Shown here: positions 27,985 through 41,585 of the stretch, piece after piece | Layout: every line of letters begins with the position of its first letter | How positions within the stretch are numbered: position 1 is the first letter of the stretch | Assembly: GCA_964016885.1 (NCBI GenBank) | Contig: OZ024749.1 | Span: 35,216,001-35,280,000 of the forward strand | Reading direction: 5' to 3' | Length of the DNA stretch: 64,000 nucleotides | Source of the DNA: Eledone cirrhosa | Taxonomy: Eukaryota | Program-made: the position numbers and the translations under genes | Notes under the pieces: generated by a model | The model's input: only the letters and a program-made list of their open reading frames with translations | Told to the model about the DNA's origin: nothing | Databases searched by the model: none

Positions 27985-28200
27985 ATTATGTTCTTTAACA
28001 GGTTGAAGAACATTTTTCACAAAGAGAAATGATATGTTCTTTAAAAGTTCAAAAGTTTCAAGCAGTCTTTGTGGGTTGTAAAGTTCATAGGGTAACTACG
28101 AAGGAGTGAAGCGAGAGCTGTGAAATTATAACGAATAATGGTGACATTTCTTCCTCATGCATAATTCTTCACTGTCTGTAATTTTACCTTGGTTCTTTAA

Positions 28201-28608
28201 CTCTTTAGCATTTAAAACAGCCAAAATTCTCTCACATATTTCTCTTCAAATCGGCTGTAATTGGCTGCTCATACTGATGTTAAGATATTATTTTCAAATT
28301 ATCAGGGCGGTAGATTGGCAGTATCGGTGGAGGGTCGGACGCCATGCTTTCCAGCATAGTTACGTCCCTTTACGATCTGAGTTCAAATCCCACCGAGGTC
28401 GACTTTGCCTTTCATCCTTACGGGGTCGATAAAATAAAGTACCAGTAATGCACTGGGTAATTGCTGGCCTTGTGCCTAAAGTAGAAACAATTATTTTCAA
28501 ATTATCAAAATCTCATAAATTCGATCTTCTGTGAGAATAATTATGTGAGGTAAAGCCATTACTGCGACTATGCAATAGTAAATATAGAGTAATGTAAATG
28601 CTAAAGGG
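28201..28608. mobile_element. Second piggyBac-type MITE family, interrupted by a SINE
   Basis: TTAA|CTCTTTAGCATTT...AAATGCTAAAGGG|TTAA. Confidence 0.75.
28305..28489 (+). mobile_element. Full-length SINE family A with 18-bp TSD
   Basis: ATTATTTTCAAATTATCA at 28287-28304 and 28490-28507. Confidence 0.95.
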
Positions 28609-29935
28609 TTAATTCATCAATTTTGTTTTCAAATCTATAACCGAAATATGGCTTAGAATCTAGAAACTCTTCAATGTTACATGTCAGTACATCAACATTA
28701 ATTTATTCCCATATGATTGCACAAGCAAATGTTAAGCATCCCAATAATTGTAGTTTATCAGCATATCAATATTGTAACGTTTAAATAAATCCATTAGAAA
28801 TGAAATATTAGATTTTTAGCTATACACTAAATGTAATTTTTAATGGCCAAATGCAATAAAAACTAGGTATATAACTAGAAAATAGCTAAATTGGCAACCT
28901 TAGCCATAGGCCCTGAAATCCCGTTGGAGTAGTAGGGGCGCAATAGTGATAGACAGTGTGTCTTGGCCTGGTAGAGTCCATCCCTCTCTTTGTGTGAACA
29001 CAGCTGATTCCTGAGAGAGATAGAGAGATAGAGAGAAGAATTGATCCTAGTACTTGACGGATACTTTATTTATCAACCTCAAAAGGATGAAAGGCAAAGA
29101 TGACCACAACAGAGATCTAGAACAATCACCATGAAGTGTTCTATCTAATGTTATCACAACTCTGTCTGAACTATGTAACATTTATAGAAAAAGTTTTAAA
29201 AGTTTTGTATGTTTTTGGCAAAATGTGTAATTTTCCTTTTACCAAACATTGCAGGAAGTACAATGAAATGGCATAGTTACTGTGTGGTGGTGTAGTGGTG
29301 GCAGTGATAGCAGCTGTGAGGGTGAAGATCATAGTGGTAGTAGCGGTGACGGTAGTGATGATGATGCTAGTGGTGTAGTGGTGATGGTGACGGTGATGAT
29401 GGTGGTGGTAGGTATTGAGCAGCGGCGGTGGTGGTGGTGGTGGCAATGATGGTGGTTGTGATAGTGGCTGTGTTGATGATAGTGGTGGCAATGGTCGTGG
29501 TGGCGGTGTGGTGGTTGATGACGGTGGTATTTATTCTATAAGCTAAGCAGGCTAAAGAGCCAAGCAGACTCCTGTGTCTTGGGATTTCTTTAATATCAAT
29601 CTACAACAGAAGCAATGATGTCACAACACACAATTGGAGAATGTTTAACCTTTCTAGAATTCAATAAATTGAAAACAAATTTGACTAACCCTGTCGCAGT
29701 TTGCAATCTTTTGACTGCAACACATACATACATATATATATAAACACACACATATATATGTATGTATATACACTCATACATATTTTGTGTGTGTGTTTAT
29801 GTGTACATATTATAAATCTCATGAAAATTGGTGCATTTGGCAATGTTCCATTTGTTTTTGTTGTTTCTTAGACTGTAATATTTGGCTGAAGGGAGGGAAT
29901 AACTGGATCCCAGCCATACATGGATCATGTTAGCA

Positions 29936-29992
<57 letters not shown>

Positions 29993-29995
<3 letters not shown>

Positions 29996-31100
29996 TCATC
30001 ATCATCATCATCATCATCAACGTTTAACGTCCGTGTTCCACGCTTGCATGGGTTTGGACGGGGGTATTTCCCACTTGAGGCAAGAGTGATTGTCTTGCTC
30101 GCATAGGACTGTCTGGCAGGTTTTCTACAGTTGGATGCCCTTCCTAACACCAACCACATTTACAGTGTGGGGCTGGGAGGTTTTTACCGTGTTGCCTACA
30201 CGGCCACATTACAGCGTGGACTGTCTGGCGGGTTTTCTACGGTTGGATGCCCTTCCTAACACCAACCACATTTACAGTGTGGGTCTGGGAGGTTTTTACC
30301 GTGTTGCCTACACGGCCACATTACAGCGTGGACTGTCTGGCGGGTTTTCTACGGTTGGATGCCCTTCCTAACACCAACCACATTTACAGTGTGGGTCTGG
30401 GAGGTTTTTACCGTGTTGCCTACACGGCCACATTACAGCGTGGACTGTCTGGCGGGTTTTCTACGGTTGGATGCCCTTCCTAACACCAACCACATTTACA
30501 GTGTGGGTCTGGGAGGTTTTTACCGTGTTGCCTACACGGCCACATTACAGCGTGGACTGTCTGGCGGGTTTTCTACGGTTGGATGCCCTTCCTAACACCA
30601 ACCACATTTACAGTGTGGGTCTGGGAGGTTTTTACCGTGTTGCCTACACGGCCACATTACAGCGTGGACTGTCTGGCGGGTTTTCTACGGTTGGATGCCC
30701 TTCCTAACACCAACCACATTTACAGTGTGGGTCTGGGAGGTTTTTACCGTGTTGCCTACACGGCCACATTACAGCGTGGACTGTCTGGCGGGTTTTCTAC
30801 GGTTGGATGCCCTTCCTAACACCAACCACATTTACAGTGTGGGTCTGGGAGGTTTTTACCGTGTTGCCTACACGGCCACATTACAGCGTGGACTGTGTGT
30901 TTTTTTGTCGTGACACCTACACGATCTCATTTGTTTCGGCCTCGATGGCGCGGCACCAACATAACTTTACATAGAACGGGGTGGTGTGGATGGGGTGGGG
31001 GCGGGGGTGGTGGGACGGGCTGTATTTTGTTAGAGATGCCTACTGGCTGGAGTAGGTTTTACTATATATTTAGGTAAGGCGGGTCTTCTCTGTTACTGAG
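29993..31100 (-). mobile_element. 5'-truncated RTE LINE 3' UTR carrying an internal 112-bp tandem amplification
   Basis: Collinear with 43973-44380 and 57325-57892, which have a single unit. Confidence 0.85.
30107..30895. repeat. 112-bp tandem repeat, ~7 near-identical copies
   Basis: Unit GGACTGTCTGGCGGGTTTTCTACGGTTGGATGCCCTTCCTAACACC...CACATTACAGCGT; period 112 is visible in the ORF track. Confidence 0.95.
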
Positions 31101-31261
31101 TACCGCCAATATATATATATATGCACACACATAAATATAAACACACACACACTTATATATATATATATATACAGTATATATATATATCATGTATACATTC
31201 AGAGATTAAATAAATATAAAATATATTTACCCTCCCCAGTTGACAAACATAAGTGTGTGTT

Positions 31262-31318
<57 letters not shown>

Positions 31319-31374
31319 AGAAAACAAGTGGTTGCTTTAACATAAAGTCATATTAGTTTCACACTTAAAAGAAG

Positions 31375-31411
<37 letters not shown>

Positions 31412-31590
31412 TATTCATTCTTTGGCAGCAGGAAGAAAGAAATATGTGGTAAATAAACTGTCAAACTTTCCCTAATTTTGGGTCAGTATCTGTATTTGAA
31501 CTAATCAAGAGTTTAAGCTCTTTTATTATCAAGATATTTTCCACAGAATTTGGTCAATAATCTTAGTTTGACACTAATTATTTCAATATA

Positions 31591-31788
31591 TGAGAGTAGG
31601 CTGAAAAGTTCATAGGCTGATTATGAAGGAGTAATGCTAGGGCTGTGAAATCTTGCATGTATTAATTTCAACTATTCTTATCAATAACTTCATTGTTTCT
31701 TTCCATGGACTCTGTTGAAAAATAAACCTCATTTGGTCATTCCATGAGAGTATCTTGGTCAGCCTATGAATCTTTCTGCTGGCCCTTG
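31591..31788. mobile_element. Tc1/mariner-type MITE
   Basis: TA|TGAGAGTAGGCTGAAAAGTTCATAGGCTGA...TCAGCCTATGAATCTTTCTGCTGGCCCTTG|TA imperfect TIRs; partial copies near 28075 and 46060-46160. Confidence 0.7.
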
Positions 31789-31847
31789 TATTTTTCTTTT
31801 TTGCCATAATAATTACTAATAACTAACACTACTGAAATAACATTATC

Positions 31848-32030
31848 TGGATTGGCAGTATCGGTAGAGGGTCGGACGCCATGCTTTCCAGCATAGTTAC
31901 GTCCCTTTACGATCTGAGTTCAAATCCCGCCGAGGTTGACTTTGCCTTTCATCCTTACGGGGTCGATAAAATAAAGTACCAGTAATGCACTGGGTAATTG
32001 CTGGCCTTGTGCCTAAAGTAGAAACAATTA
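31848..32030 (+). mobile_element. SINE family A, near consensus
   Basis: A-box, B-box, body and tail are intact. Confidence 0.9.
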
Positions 32031-32274
32031 TCATGGTTATAAAACAATTTCTCATCTCTCATGATATTCAGAACTAATATTTTATTAAATTACATCTATC
32101 ATATCACTGTTAATAAGCAATATTGAAACTAAAACCATAGTTATAAAATATCAAATGACCTCCTCATCATCTTTATATTCTTGTAACTAGTGCAACAAAG
32201 TTATTAGGGTGTCACTTTAGATGTTCTGGCAGTCAAGAGTCACCACTGTTCTTTGTTTTCCACCATACACATAC

Positions 32275-32361
32275 AGCTCAGGTTGCAGTATTGTGACCTG
32301 TCCAGTCTTTGATGTTGTCAGACAAACTTTGATGTTGTCAGAAGCATTACTGTGTTGTGAG
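32275..32361 (-). CDS. Candidate coding exon
   Basis: aacag| ... |GTATGT; SQHSNASDNIKVCLTTSKTGQVTILQPEL. Confidence 0.3.
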
Positions 32362-32798
32362 CTGTTCAGTCATTTACTTAAATGATACAGTAAGGGTTAG
32401 TGCCATGAAAAGCATTTGACTGCAGGATAAAATTTGCCTTGAAGAATCTTGTACAACCCACGCCACCATAGAAAGCAAATGTAGGAATGATGATGATGAT
32501 GTGGATATTGATAAAGTTATGACACTATTTTCTAAGGTCACATTATATTGATAATGGTACACCATTATCAATATAATGTGACCTTTATTAAACATACCCC
32601 AGTGTTTTTACTGAAGAAGGTTATGTATATATTTACACACACACACGCACATACACACACACACAGTGCAACCCTTGCTAGCAGGGAAAACAGATGTTAA
32701 ATGATGATAATGATATACACACACATATACATGTATATCTATATTACTACATCATATACACGAAACCAACTAAAACACTTCTATTAAATGCAGTAATA

Positions 32799-33705
32799 AT
32801 TGTTTCTACTTTAGGCACAAGGCCAGCAATTATCTCAGTGCATTACTGGTACTTTATTTTATCGACCCTGTAAGGATGAAAGGCAAAGTTAATCTCGGCG
32901 GGATTTAAACTCAGACTGTAAAGGGACGTAACTATGCTAGAAAGCATGGCGTCCACCCCTCTACCAATGCAGTAATAATTGTTTCTACTTTAGGCACAAG
33001 GCCAGCAATTATCCAGTGCATTACTGGTACTTTATTTTATCGACCCTGTAAGGATGAAAGGCAAAGTCAACCTCGGCGGGATTTGAACTCAGATCATAAA
33101 GGGACGTAACTATGCTGGAAAGCATGGCGTCCAACCCTCTACCGATACTGCCAATCCACCTAATGCAGTAATAATGGTTTCTAATTGAGGCACAATACCA
33201 GCAACTTTTGAGGGGAGGGGAAGCTGATTATATCGACCCCAGTACTTGACTGGTATGTTATTTTATTGTTCCTGGCAGGATGAAAGGCAAAGCTGACTTT
33301 GGTAGGATTTAAACTCAGAACATAAAGAAGCCAAACAAATAGTGCTAAGCATTTATCCAATGCTTTAACGGCTCTGTCCATCCACTGCCCTTTAAAAGCA
33401 ATAATGGTTTCTGATTTAGGCACAAGGCCAACAATTTTGGGGGAGGGGAAAGATGATTAAATTGACACCAGTACATTACTGGTACTTTATTTTATTGACG
33501 CTCATAAGAATGAAAGGCAAAGCTAACCTCAGCAGGATTTGAATTCAGAAATTCTGATATTGCCAATCCATCACCATTTTATTGCAATAAGAATAATAAT
33601 TGTTTCTACTTTTGGCGCAAGGCCAGCAATTATCCCAGTGCATTACTGGTACTTTATTTTATCAACCCCGTAAGGATGAAAGGAAAAGTTAACCTCGACG
33701 GGAAT
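32799..33705 (-). mobile_element. Stack of five SINE family A copies of different ages
   Basis: Tail motif recurs at ~32800, 32980, 33176, 33405 and 33600. Confidence 0.9.
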
Positions 33706-33711
33706 AATGAT

Positions 33712-34289
33712 GATGACAAGGTGGGTGTTAATCTGCATTGGATATTGTGCAAGAAGCATGGCATCGATGTTGTCGAAAAATGGTATCAGTACAAACCAGA
33801 ATCTGTGGTAGAGAACAAAGTGATAAGATATTGTAGGGTATGAGCATTGAAATGGATAGAGAGTTCAAACACAGAGAACTTGACATCATAGTGATTGAGA
33901 AAATGCCAAATAGGGGTTTCATAATTTATCTAGTCTGTCCAGTGCATATCTGGTGGGAAAGAGAAATGAGAGGTTATGAAATTACTCTCAGTGTAGGATG
34001 GAAATAGCAAGGATGTAGAATAAAGAGGTACACATCATTCCTGTGATTGTTGGTGCTTTGGGATAAATCCCACCAGATTTCCACAACCACTTGAAAAAAC
34101 CCAACATATGAGGTGAGTACTCTTCAGAAATCAGTGCTTTTAAGGACAGCACCATGTTCTGTGAAAAGGTCTGTCTTTTAAATGAGAAAAGAGCCAGTCG
34201 TTCTCCATGTCTTAAGCTTGTGTTAAACCTGATATGGAGTCCTAAATATTCATCAGTAGCACAAAAAGCTTTGAACAGGAGATAAGGAG

Positions 34290-34320
<31 letters not shown>
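33712..34320 (+). mobile_element. Decayed R4/Dong-like non-LTR 3' fragment ending in (TAA)n
   Basis: LHWILCKKHGI...KWYQYKPESVVEN, IIPVIVGALG and LQKSVLL motifs with stops/frameshifts; TAA tail. Confidence 0.8.
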
Positions 34321-34321
<1 letters not shown>

Positions 34322-34500
34322 TGTTTCTACTTTAGGCACAAGGCCAGCAATTACCCAATGCATTACTGGTACTTTATTTTATCAACCCCGTAAGGATGAA
34401 AGGCAAAGTCAACCTCGGCGGGATTTGAACTCAGATCGTAAAGGGACGTAACTATGCTGGAAAGCATGGCGTCTGACTCTCTACCGATACTGCCAATCAA
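34320..34500 (-). mobile_element. SINE family A inserted in the (TAA)n tail
   Basis: Consensus match. Confidence 0.9.
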
Positions 34501-34578
34501 CCAATAATAATAAAGAGTAAAATAATGATTTGATTTTCTTCTGCAAGTTGGTTGAAATTAATCAACCAACTTTACAAC

Positions 34579-34979
34579 CTGCTGACTCTCTTAATGTTGT
34601 TCCCAGCAATCTGTTATGGTCAAAAACCTTGACATAATTCTACAGTGCCAATCAACTGACAGGCTAATTAACAAATTATTTAAAATACTGTGGTGGTGGT
34701 GGTGGTGGTAGTTTGCGTTTGGAGAAAGAAAAATAATCTATAACACGTCTTTGTTTGAGATTTTCGAAATCAATAAATGTTGAAGTAGTTATTGAATTAT
34801 CTGACACTAGGATTTATCATTGAAGTGATGTGTTCAGTGGAGAAAGTAATATGCCATGTGGCCCAGGAATGAGGATCATGTAATAGCTGTCTACATTCAT
34901 TGTAAATTGCTCTCACTTTTCCAATGGACTCACTTGGATAAATACAATTTTATTGACATTTATAGAAATAACACCATCT
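34579..34979 (-). CDS. Two candidate exons (34934-34979, 34579-34639)
   Basis: ttttcag|...|GTGAGT gives DGVISINVNKIVFIQ; ctgtag| gives in-phase NYVKVFDHNRLLGTTLRESA (WD40-like VKVFD). Confidence 0.35.
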
Positions 34980-35322
34980 CTGAAAACATTTAATTGCTAT
35001 TATAGTATATATATGATATTTTATGTTGTATATAATGTATTATATAACATATGTACACACACACACAGACAGATATATACATAAACATATATATACATAC
35101 TTGTATAAACATATATCTATAGTAACATATAGAATATGAATATTGTATTATATACCTCTCCATATAGTATAGTATTATATAGTATATAATGACGATGTAT
35201 GCCCTAGTGGTTAGGGTGTTCAACTCACAATCATGATCAGCTAGTAACAACAAAAGTCAGAGTAACAACAGAGAGTAATCTCAGTAATATATACAATACT
35301 TTGTACTTTGATATTGAGTACT

Positions 35323-35357
<35 letters not shown>

Positions 35358-35383
35358 CTGGAATTGAACCATCAATTCATGTA

Positions 35384-35445
35384 TTTTATCTGATGAGGAC
35401 GTACTGAAAAAACAGCACAGTACCTCCAAAATATATATAATAAAA
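35384..35445 (+). ncRNA. Type I hammerhead-like motif with G12->A change
   Basis: TTTTAT CTGATGA GGACGTACTG..CAGTACCTCC AAAA TATATA TA ATAAAA; stems I and II pair, stem III is palindromic. Confidence 0.7.
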
Positions 35446-35989
35446 CATATTTTGATTATGTGAACGTCTTCATTTATTAATATTTTGAATAATAATAACT
35501 CCAGAAAACTTTTTCTGTAGAGTGCTTTTAATCTATTGTAATACTATATTCATTGAGTAATCAATGAACCATATTAACCTTTGGTTATATATATATATAT
35601 ATATATATATATCAGGCAATTTAGCAGAGTATTTAGAACATTAGAGAGAATGTTTTGCAGTATTTGTTCTGGCACTCTGCACTCAATTCAAATTCTGCCA
35701 AAGTCAACTTTTCCATTTTCCTTTTAAGGTTGTTGAAAAACAGTACTAGTCCAGTACTGGGGCTGATTTTTCCCCTGTTTCTCCTTTCTTCCCTACTATC
35801 TCTCTTTCTCTCTCTGGGAGAAATCAGCTGTGTTCAGACCTGGAAAGGGATTGGTTCTGCTAAGTTTAAAATGTCCCCCCCCCAAAAAAAAAAATCGATG
35901 TCTCTTCTTTTATCCATAAACTGTTCCAGCCAACTGGCTGTGGTGATGCTGAGGCATCTCCATTGTTGCTACCTTCCTTGGTCAACCAT

Positions 35990-36510
35990 TGATTGATGTA
36001 TGAGGGAATTTGGCACTGTTGCCATCATTTGTGTTTCTTGGCTCATGGAATTTTAGATAGTAAAATGTTGAGATGGTACTTGAAAACATCTACATTCACT
36101 ATATGTAGGTCTCTCAGGTTTTTGACAGCATATCAAAGAGCTGGGGACTATTGAACCCCAAAATATTGCAGTATCTGGTCTTTATTGTAGATGGGGATAA
36201 GATCTTTTGCATTATGCAGTGACATCCTGATTGGGGGTTTATCCAGCACTCAAAGTCAAAGTTTGGTGCTAGCCCTTCAATAATCTTCCATATGTATATT
36301 ACTGCCAATCTCTCCTATCTTCACATTAAGGTGTAAAGTTTTAATCCTTTCAGCCTCTCCCAGTAGCTTATCTCTTTTACTGAGGCAATCCTCTTGGTGT
36401 AGCTTTGTTGGATTGCTTCAAGTTCTGCAGTGAATTTGACAGTGTGAGGTGACCATAGCAGAGAGCAATAGTCTATGTGGCACATTATAACCATCTTGGT
36501 GATATGCATA
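35990..36510 (-). mobile_element. CR1-like LINE 3' ORF fragment
   Basis: HIDYCSLLWSPH...LEAIQQSYTKRI...SYWERLKGLKLY...IYIWKIIEGLAPN, typical of the post-RT region of CR1-group LINEs. Confidence 0.85.
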
Positions 36511-36662
36511 TGAAATGATGCATCACTGCTAATATCAATTTTAAGGTCTCACACTGATTGGTTTCTATGGCTGGAGGCCTTTCCTAACGCTAACCACATT
36601 TAGTGTGTGCTGATGCTTTTTGTCATGACACCTATATGACTACTTTACAGTGTGGGCTCCCA

Positions 36663-36705
36663 GTGACTGAGGAGGTCACAGAATATGTGACGAAAGAGCT
36701 TTAAC
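36663..36705 (+). ncRNA. Minimal type I hammerhead-like motif (family H1) with intact core boxes
   Basis: CTGAGGA G GTCACA GAATA TGTGAC GAAA GAGCTT TAAC. Confidence 0.7.
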
Positions 36706-36819
36706 AACATATAAACAAACATCCAGTTATCGAACCAACCAACCAGAAATTTATAATAAATTGAAGTGAAAACCAACAGGTTTTTATTGACAACTAGAGT
36801 AGTATAATACTATATATAT

Positions 36820-36883
<64 letters not shown>

Positions 36884-36958
36884 TTATATATATATGTCTA
36901 ACCCATGCTAACGTGAAAAAATGGACATTAAATGATGATGATTATATATATATATATA

Positions 36959-37140
36959 AGGTGGATTGGCAGTATCAGTAGAGGGTCGGACGCCATGCTT
37001 TCCAGCATAGTTACGTCCCTTTACGATCTGAGTTCAAATCCCACCGAGGTCGACTTTGCCTTTCATCCTTACGGGGTCGATAAAATAAAGTACCAGTAAT
37101 GCACTGGGTAATTGCTGACCTTGTGCCTAAAGTAGAAACA
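36959..37140 (+). mobile_element. SINE family A inserted in (TA)n
   Basis: Consensus match. Confidence 0.9.
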
Positions 37141-37859
37141 AATATATATATATATATATATATTGACTTATTTTAGTCAGTCAACCTTATATCCTCCTAA
37201 ATCAAGATTTCCGTTTAAGTTTAATATATATACATACACACACATATACATCCCACAGAAAGAAAGTAATTTGTAATGAAAGTATCTCAATATTTCTATT
37301 GATCAAATTGACAGTTTATGTTGCATTCATTAGAAAACATTAACAAAAATTCATGGGAATATTTCGTGTTCCACAAAAATGTTGTTGGTTTTTTCTGCTT
37401 CATGAATGGACTGACAGAGAAAATAATGCATGGAAAATACCAAAAGGTGCTTCTTTTGACAAATACTAAGAGGACTGATCAAACACATTATGTAATTGAT
37501 TGCTTATTGATTAGTTCTAACAATTACTGTAATGGTTAGTTTCATAATTCTCTCTCTCTCTCTCTCTCTCTCTTCATTGAACACAATGGAACATCCCACT
37601 AGTTATTTCTCTCCCTCTCCCTCTCTCTCTTCATTGAACACAATGGGACATCCCACTAGTTATTTCTCTCCCTCTCTCTTTCTTTCTGTTCCTCTTTTCA
37701 CTGACATGACAGAACATCTCCCCTAGTTATCTCTCTCCCTCTGTGACCCTCTTTACCAATGGAACAGAATATCCCACCTAGTCCTCTCTCTCTCTCTCTC
37801 TACACCCCATTTAGTTCTCTCTCTTTCTTGCCCATTTCACTAACACAACGGAGCACAGC

Positions 37860-38012
37860 TGCATAAAAAAGTGCAGGGTGCTTGAATCTGTTGGAAACTA
37901 TGGAAGAGGAAGACCTAGGAAATCTTGGGGTGGTGTGGTAAAAGCTGACCTCACAAAATTAAACCTCTCAAAGGAGATGATGCAGGACCAAGTTCTCTGG
38001 CGATATGTCATA
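37860..38012 (+). mobile_element. RTE LINE C-terminal fragment
   Basis: GRGRPRKSWGGVVKADLTKLNLSKEMMQDQVLWRYVI. Confidence 0.75.
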
Positions 38013-39247
38013 CTACCCATCTTCCCACATGTACAGGATGAAACAATCACAGAGAGAACAGTGGTTTGCGCTAATCTCCCTCGTACATTTAATACTAAAT
38101 TTAATACTCCTCCTACCCATCATTATCTATATATCCACCATAAATCTATCAATACTCACATCCTCCATCTACCACCACTTTACATATCCAACAACAACTC
38201 CTACCAGCATGGAAAGACAGCAAACTCCCCAACGCTTTGTCTAACTCTTTCTAGCATGGAAGAGCAGCCCTCTCCACTTTTATCTCCCTCCTAGCTGAGC
38301 CAAACCTATACCAATATACAAAAGATGGATGCCCCAAAATTCATCCTATGCCAACATGGAAGGCTGTACATGCCTCATCTTGTATTACAAGAAAAGGCTT
38401 GGTTAGAGTTAGGAAGGGCATCCAACCAGGGAGGCCATACAAAATAAAAACAGAATGTATGAACTAGATATGGTCTCCTGTCCAGCCTAGTCCCAGAAAG
38501 GCATGGAGGAAATAGATGTCTAATGATAATGATGAAATACTCCCATCCTTCTCCCCTTCCACACTCCTGATACACCTTTCCTGTTTTAACTCATGCACGC
38601 ATGCATGGAAAACCAGACACACTCTACACCTGTTCTCACACAGAGCTGGTGCCATGACAGAAAGTAGTTAGTCTACTCTGTATGGTAGTTTTGCTGGCAT
38701 TGACAGAAAAGCACCCAATCCAATGTTAGGTCATAGTGGTAGTGCCAAGAGAAAAGCAAGCAGTCCACCCTATATTGCAGTTGGCATTAGGAAGGGCATC
38801 CAACCATAGAAAACCAAGCCAAATACAGATCTGCATGAACAAGATACGGTCACTTGACCTGGCTACCCTCATAAGCCGATAATCTGTTTAATCCATGCAA
38901 GCATGGAAACTAGATATGTGATGGTGATGATGTATGTATGGATGTATGTGTGAGTGTGTCTGTATGTATATATGTATGTGTGTGTATGCAAGTATGAATG
39001 TGTGTATATAAATATGTATGTATGTATGCATGTATGTATATGTGTATGTTTGTATGTATGCATGTTTGTATCTATGTAGGTATGTATGTATGTAGGTATG
39101 TATGTATGTTTGTATATATATATGTATGTATGTATATATGTATGTATGTAGGTATGCATGTATATGGCAACATAAAAGAGTAAAGAAAAGCTACTTGAAC
39201 AGTAAATCAACAATGGCAACTAAACAACTCTATGAATCTCTGGCAAC

Positions 39248-39427
39248 CATTTTTAGATGACAAGTGAATTGAATTGAGAGGATATTTCTGCCAGTAGCAA
39301 CAATTACAACTGCAGAAGAAGTAGAAGAACACATTAGATACATTCCTAACATGTTAACATTAACAATCAATGCAGAGAAGAACTGAAGAACTGTGTTAGA
39401 TTGTAGAACTGTAGGACTATACCCCAA
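39248..39427 (-). CDS. Candidate coding exon (boundaries uncertain)
   Basis: Non-repetitive open frame ...SAVVIVATGRNILSIQFTCHLKM; strong internal acceptor ttcttctgcag| before 39309; weak donor. Confidence 0.25.
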
Positions 39428-39724
39428 CTGACTTCTATATTAAACATGATGTATTGCCTCAAGTGGGACAATTCCCTCCAGACCCATGCTAGCGTGGAAA
39501 GTGGACGTTAAACGATGATGATGATGATGAAATGTAACTTAGTCAAATAACAGATGGTTATGATGGTTTATTTCAGAAAATGCCACAAGTAAGAGTTCTG
39601 ATGACAAACTTTTCACATGACCAGAAGACTATTGTAGCAGTTTGAAGGTCATTGTAGATTGAAATATGAGGAGAGAAATGGCCAATAAAACCATGGATAT
39701 TATATATATTTATATAAGATATTG

Positions 39725-39764
<40 letters not shown>

Positions 39765-40827
39765 AACTACTAGAGTTTATGAAAACTTCTCCATTGACAA
39801 TCATATCAACACAGAGTATATTTGATCAATCTCTATTTACAGGAAATAAACACAGACACAAATGGACATATGTACTATACACGCATATACATACACACAC
39901 ACACACACACATAATATATAACCAGGGAGCAAATATTTATCACAGATTAAAAGTTTAAGAAAACATATTCCTTTTTCATCCCTTTACAAGATTTTCAGAA
40001 ACTGTTTCAGAAGCTCTTGTAAAAGAGTGAAAGCAGAAATTGTTTGCTTAAACTCTTAATCTGTGCTAATAAATATTTAAATATTATATATGATGGGCTT
40101 CAGCAATTTCCTTTACCAATTTCCATTCACAAGGAGTTTGTCAACTCAAAACTATAGGAGAAGATACTTGCCCAAGGTGCCACATCACAGGGGAACTGAG
40201 CCCTGAAACATGTGACTGTGAAGCAAACTCTTTCCCCACACATACATGTCTGTGCCTGGACAAAATATCTGTAGAAAATAATAGAAAAATCCTTTCCCTC
40301 TAACTCTGACCACAATGTCATATTGTGTAGACAATAAGAATATAATGTGACAATGGCATTATCAGAATCGATAATAAAATCAAATTAATTATATGAGATC
40401 AATACAAAACAACAAAAAAAAATATAGTTAGATATTTAATTCAAAACCATTGTGCTAGAAAGCAATTGATCTGTTGGCTAGTGGTTGGTGTAATTTAGAG
40501 TGTTATTGTGAGAAATAGAGTTTCTGTTGATGAAAGCAAGTGTGAGCTTGTCTTTATTAATTATGGCAAATATATGGAATATAGGCAATATAGGGAAATA
40601 AAAATATAAATGAGTTCAGTATTGTAATCATTGATCATCTATGTTTATATATTGATAATATTAAATATAGAACAATTATAGCAAAAACTGCCAGCATGCA
40701 TGTTAACCAGCTTTCTGTGTGTGTATGTGTGTATGTGTGCGTCTTGTCTAAGTGCATGTCTGTGTATGTGTATGCACATGTTTGTGTACATTGTCTTTTA
40801 TATATAGTTTTTATACTCGGCTAATGT

Positions 40828-40900
<73 letters not shown>

Positions 40901-41004
40901 TGCACACTACTAGGGAAAAACAACGTTAAATGATGATGATGATATATATATATGTGGGTCAATATGTATATATAAAGCATGGAAAATAGATGATAAACAG
41001 TGAT

Positions 41005-41035
<31 letters not shown>

Positions 41036-41087
41036 CTGACTCTTTCCCTATTTATATATATATATATATATGTGTGTGTGTATATAT

Positions 41088-41121
<34 letters not shown>

Positions 41122-41156
41122 GTATGTGTGTACATATATATATATATATACACACG

Positions 41157-41211
<55 letters not shown>

Positions 41212-41214
<3 letters not shown>

Positions 41215-41543
41215 GGCACATGGCTTAGTGGTTAGAGCATTGGCCTAGCAATCGAAAGGTTGTGAGTTCAATCCTCAGACCGTGTGATGTGTTGTTTCCT
41301 TGAGCAAGACACTTTATTTCACATTGCTCCAGTTTAATCAGCTGTAGAAATGAGATGATAGGGACTGGGGTCTATATCATTCCACTGCAAAGTGGTCGTG
41401 GAGGTGCCACGGCAAAAAAGCACCCAGTACTCACTGTAAATGGGGTTGGTGTTAGGAAGGGCATCCAGCTGTAGAAATCAAGCCAGAATCAGTTCCCGTC
41501 CCACCCTTGCAAGCAGGGAAAAGCGGACGTAAAATGATGATGA
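41212..41543 (+). mobile_element. Full-length SINE family B in (TA)n
   Basis: Matches the 22755 copy. Confidence 0.9.
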
Positions 41544-41551
41544 TATATATA

Positions 41552-41585
<34 letters not shown>

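Noticed and set aside
30090-30913. Repeated 78-aa ORFs
   Set aside because: Antisense by-product of the 112-bp tandem repeat in a LINE UTR.
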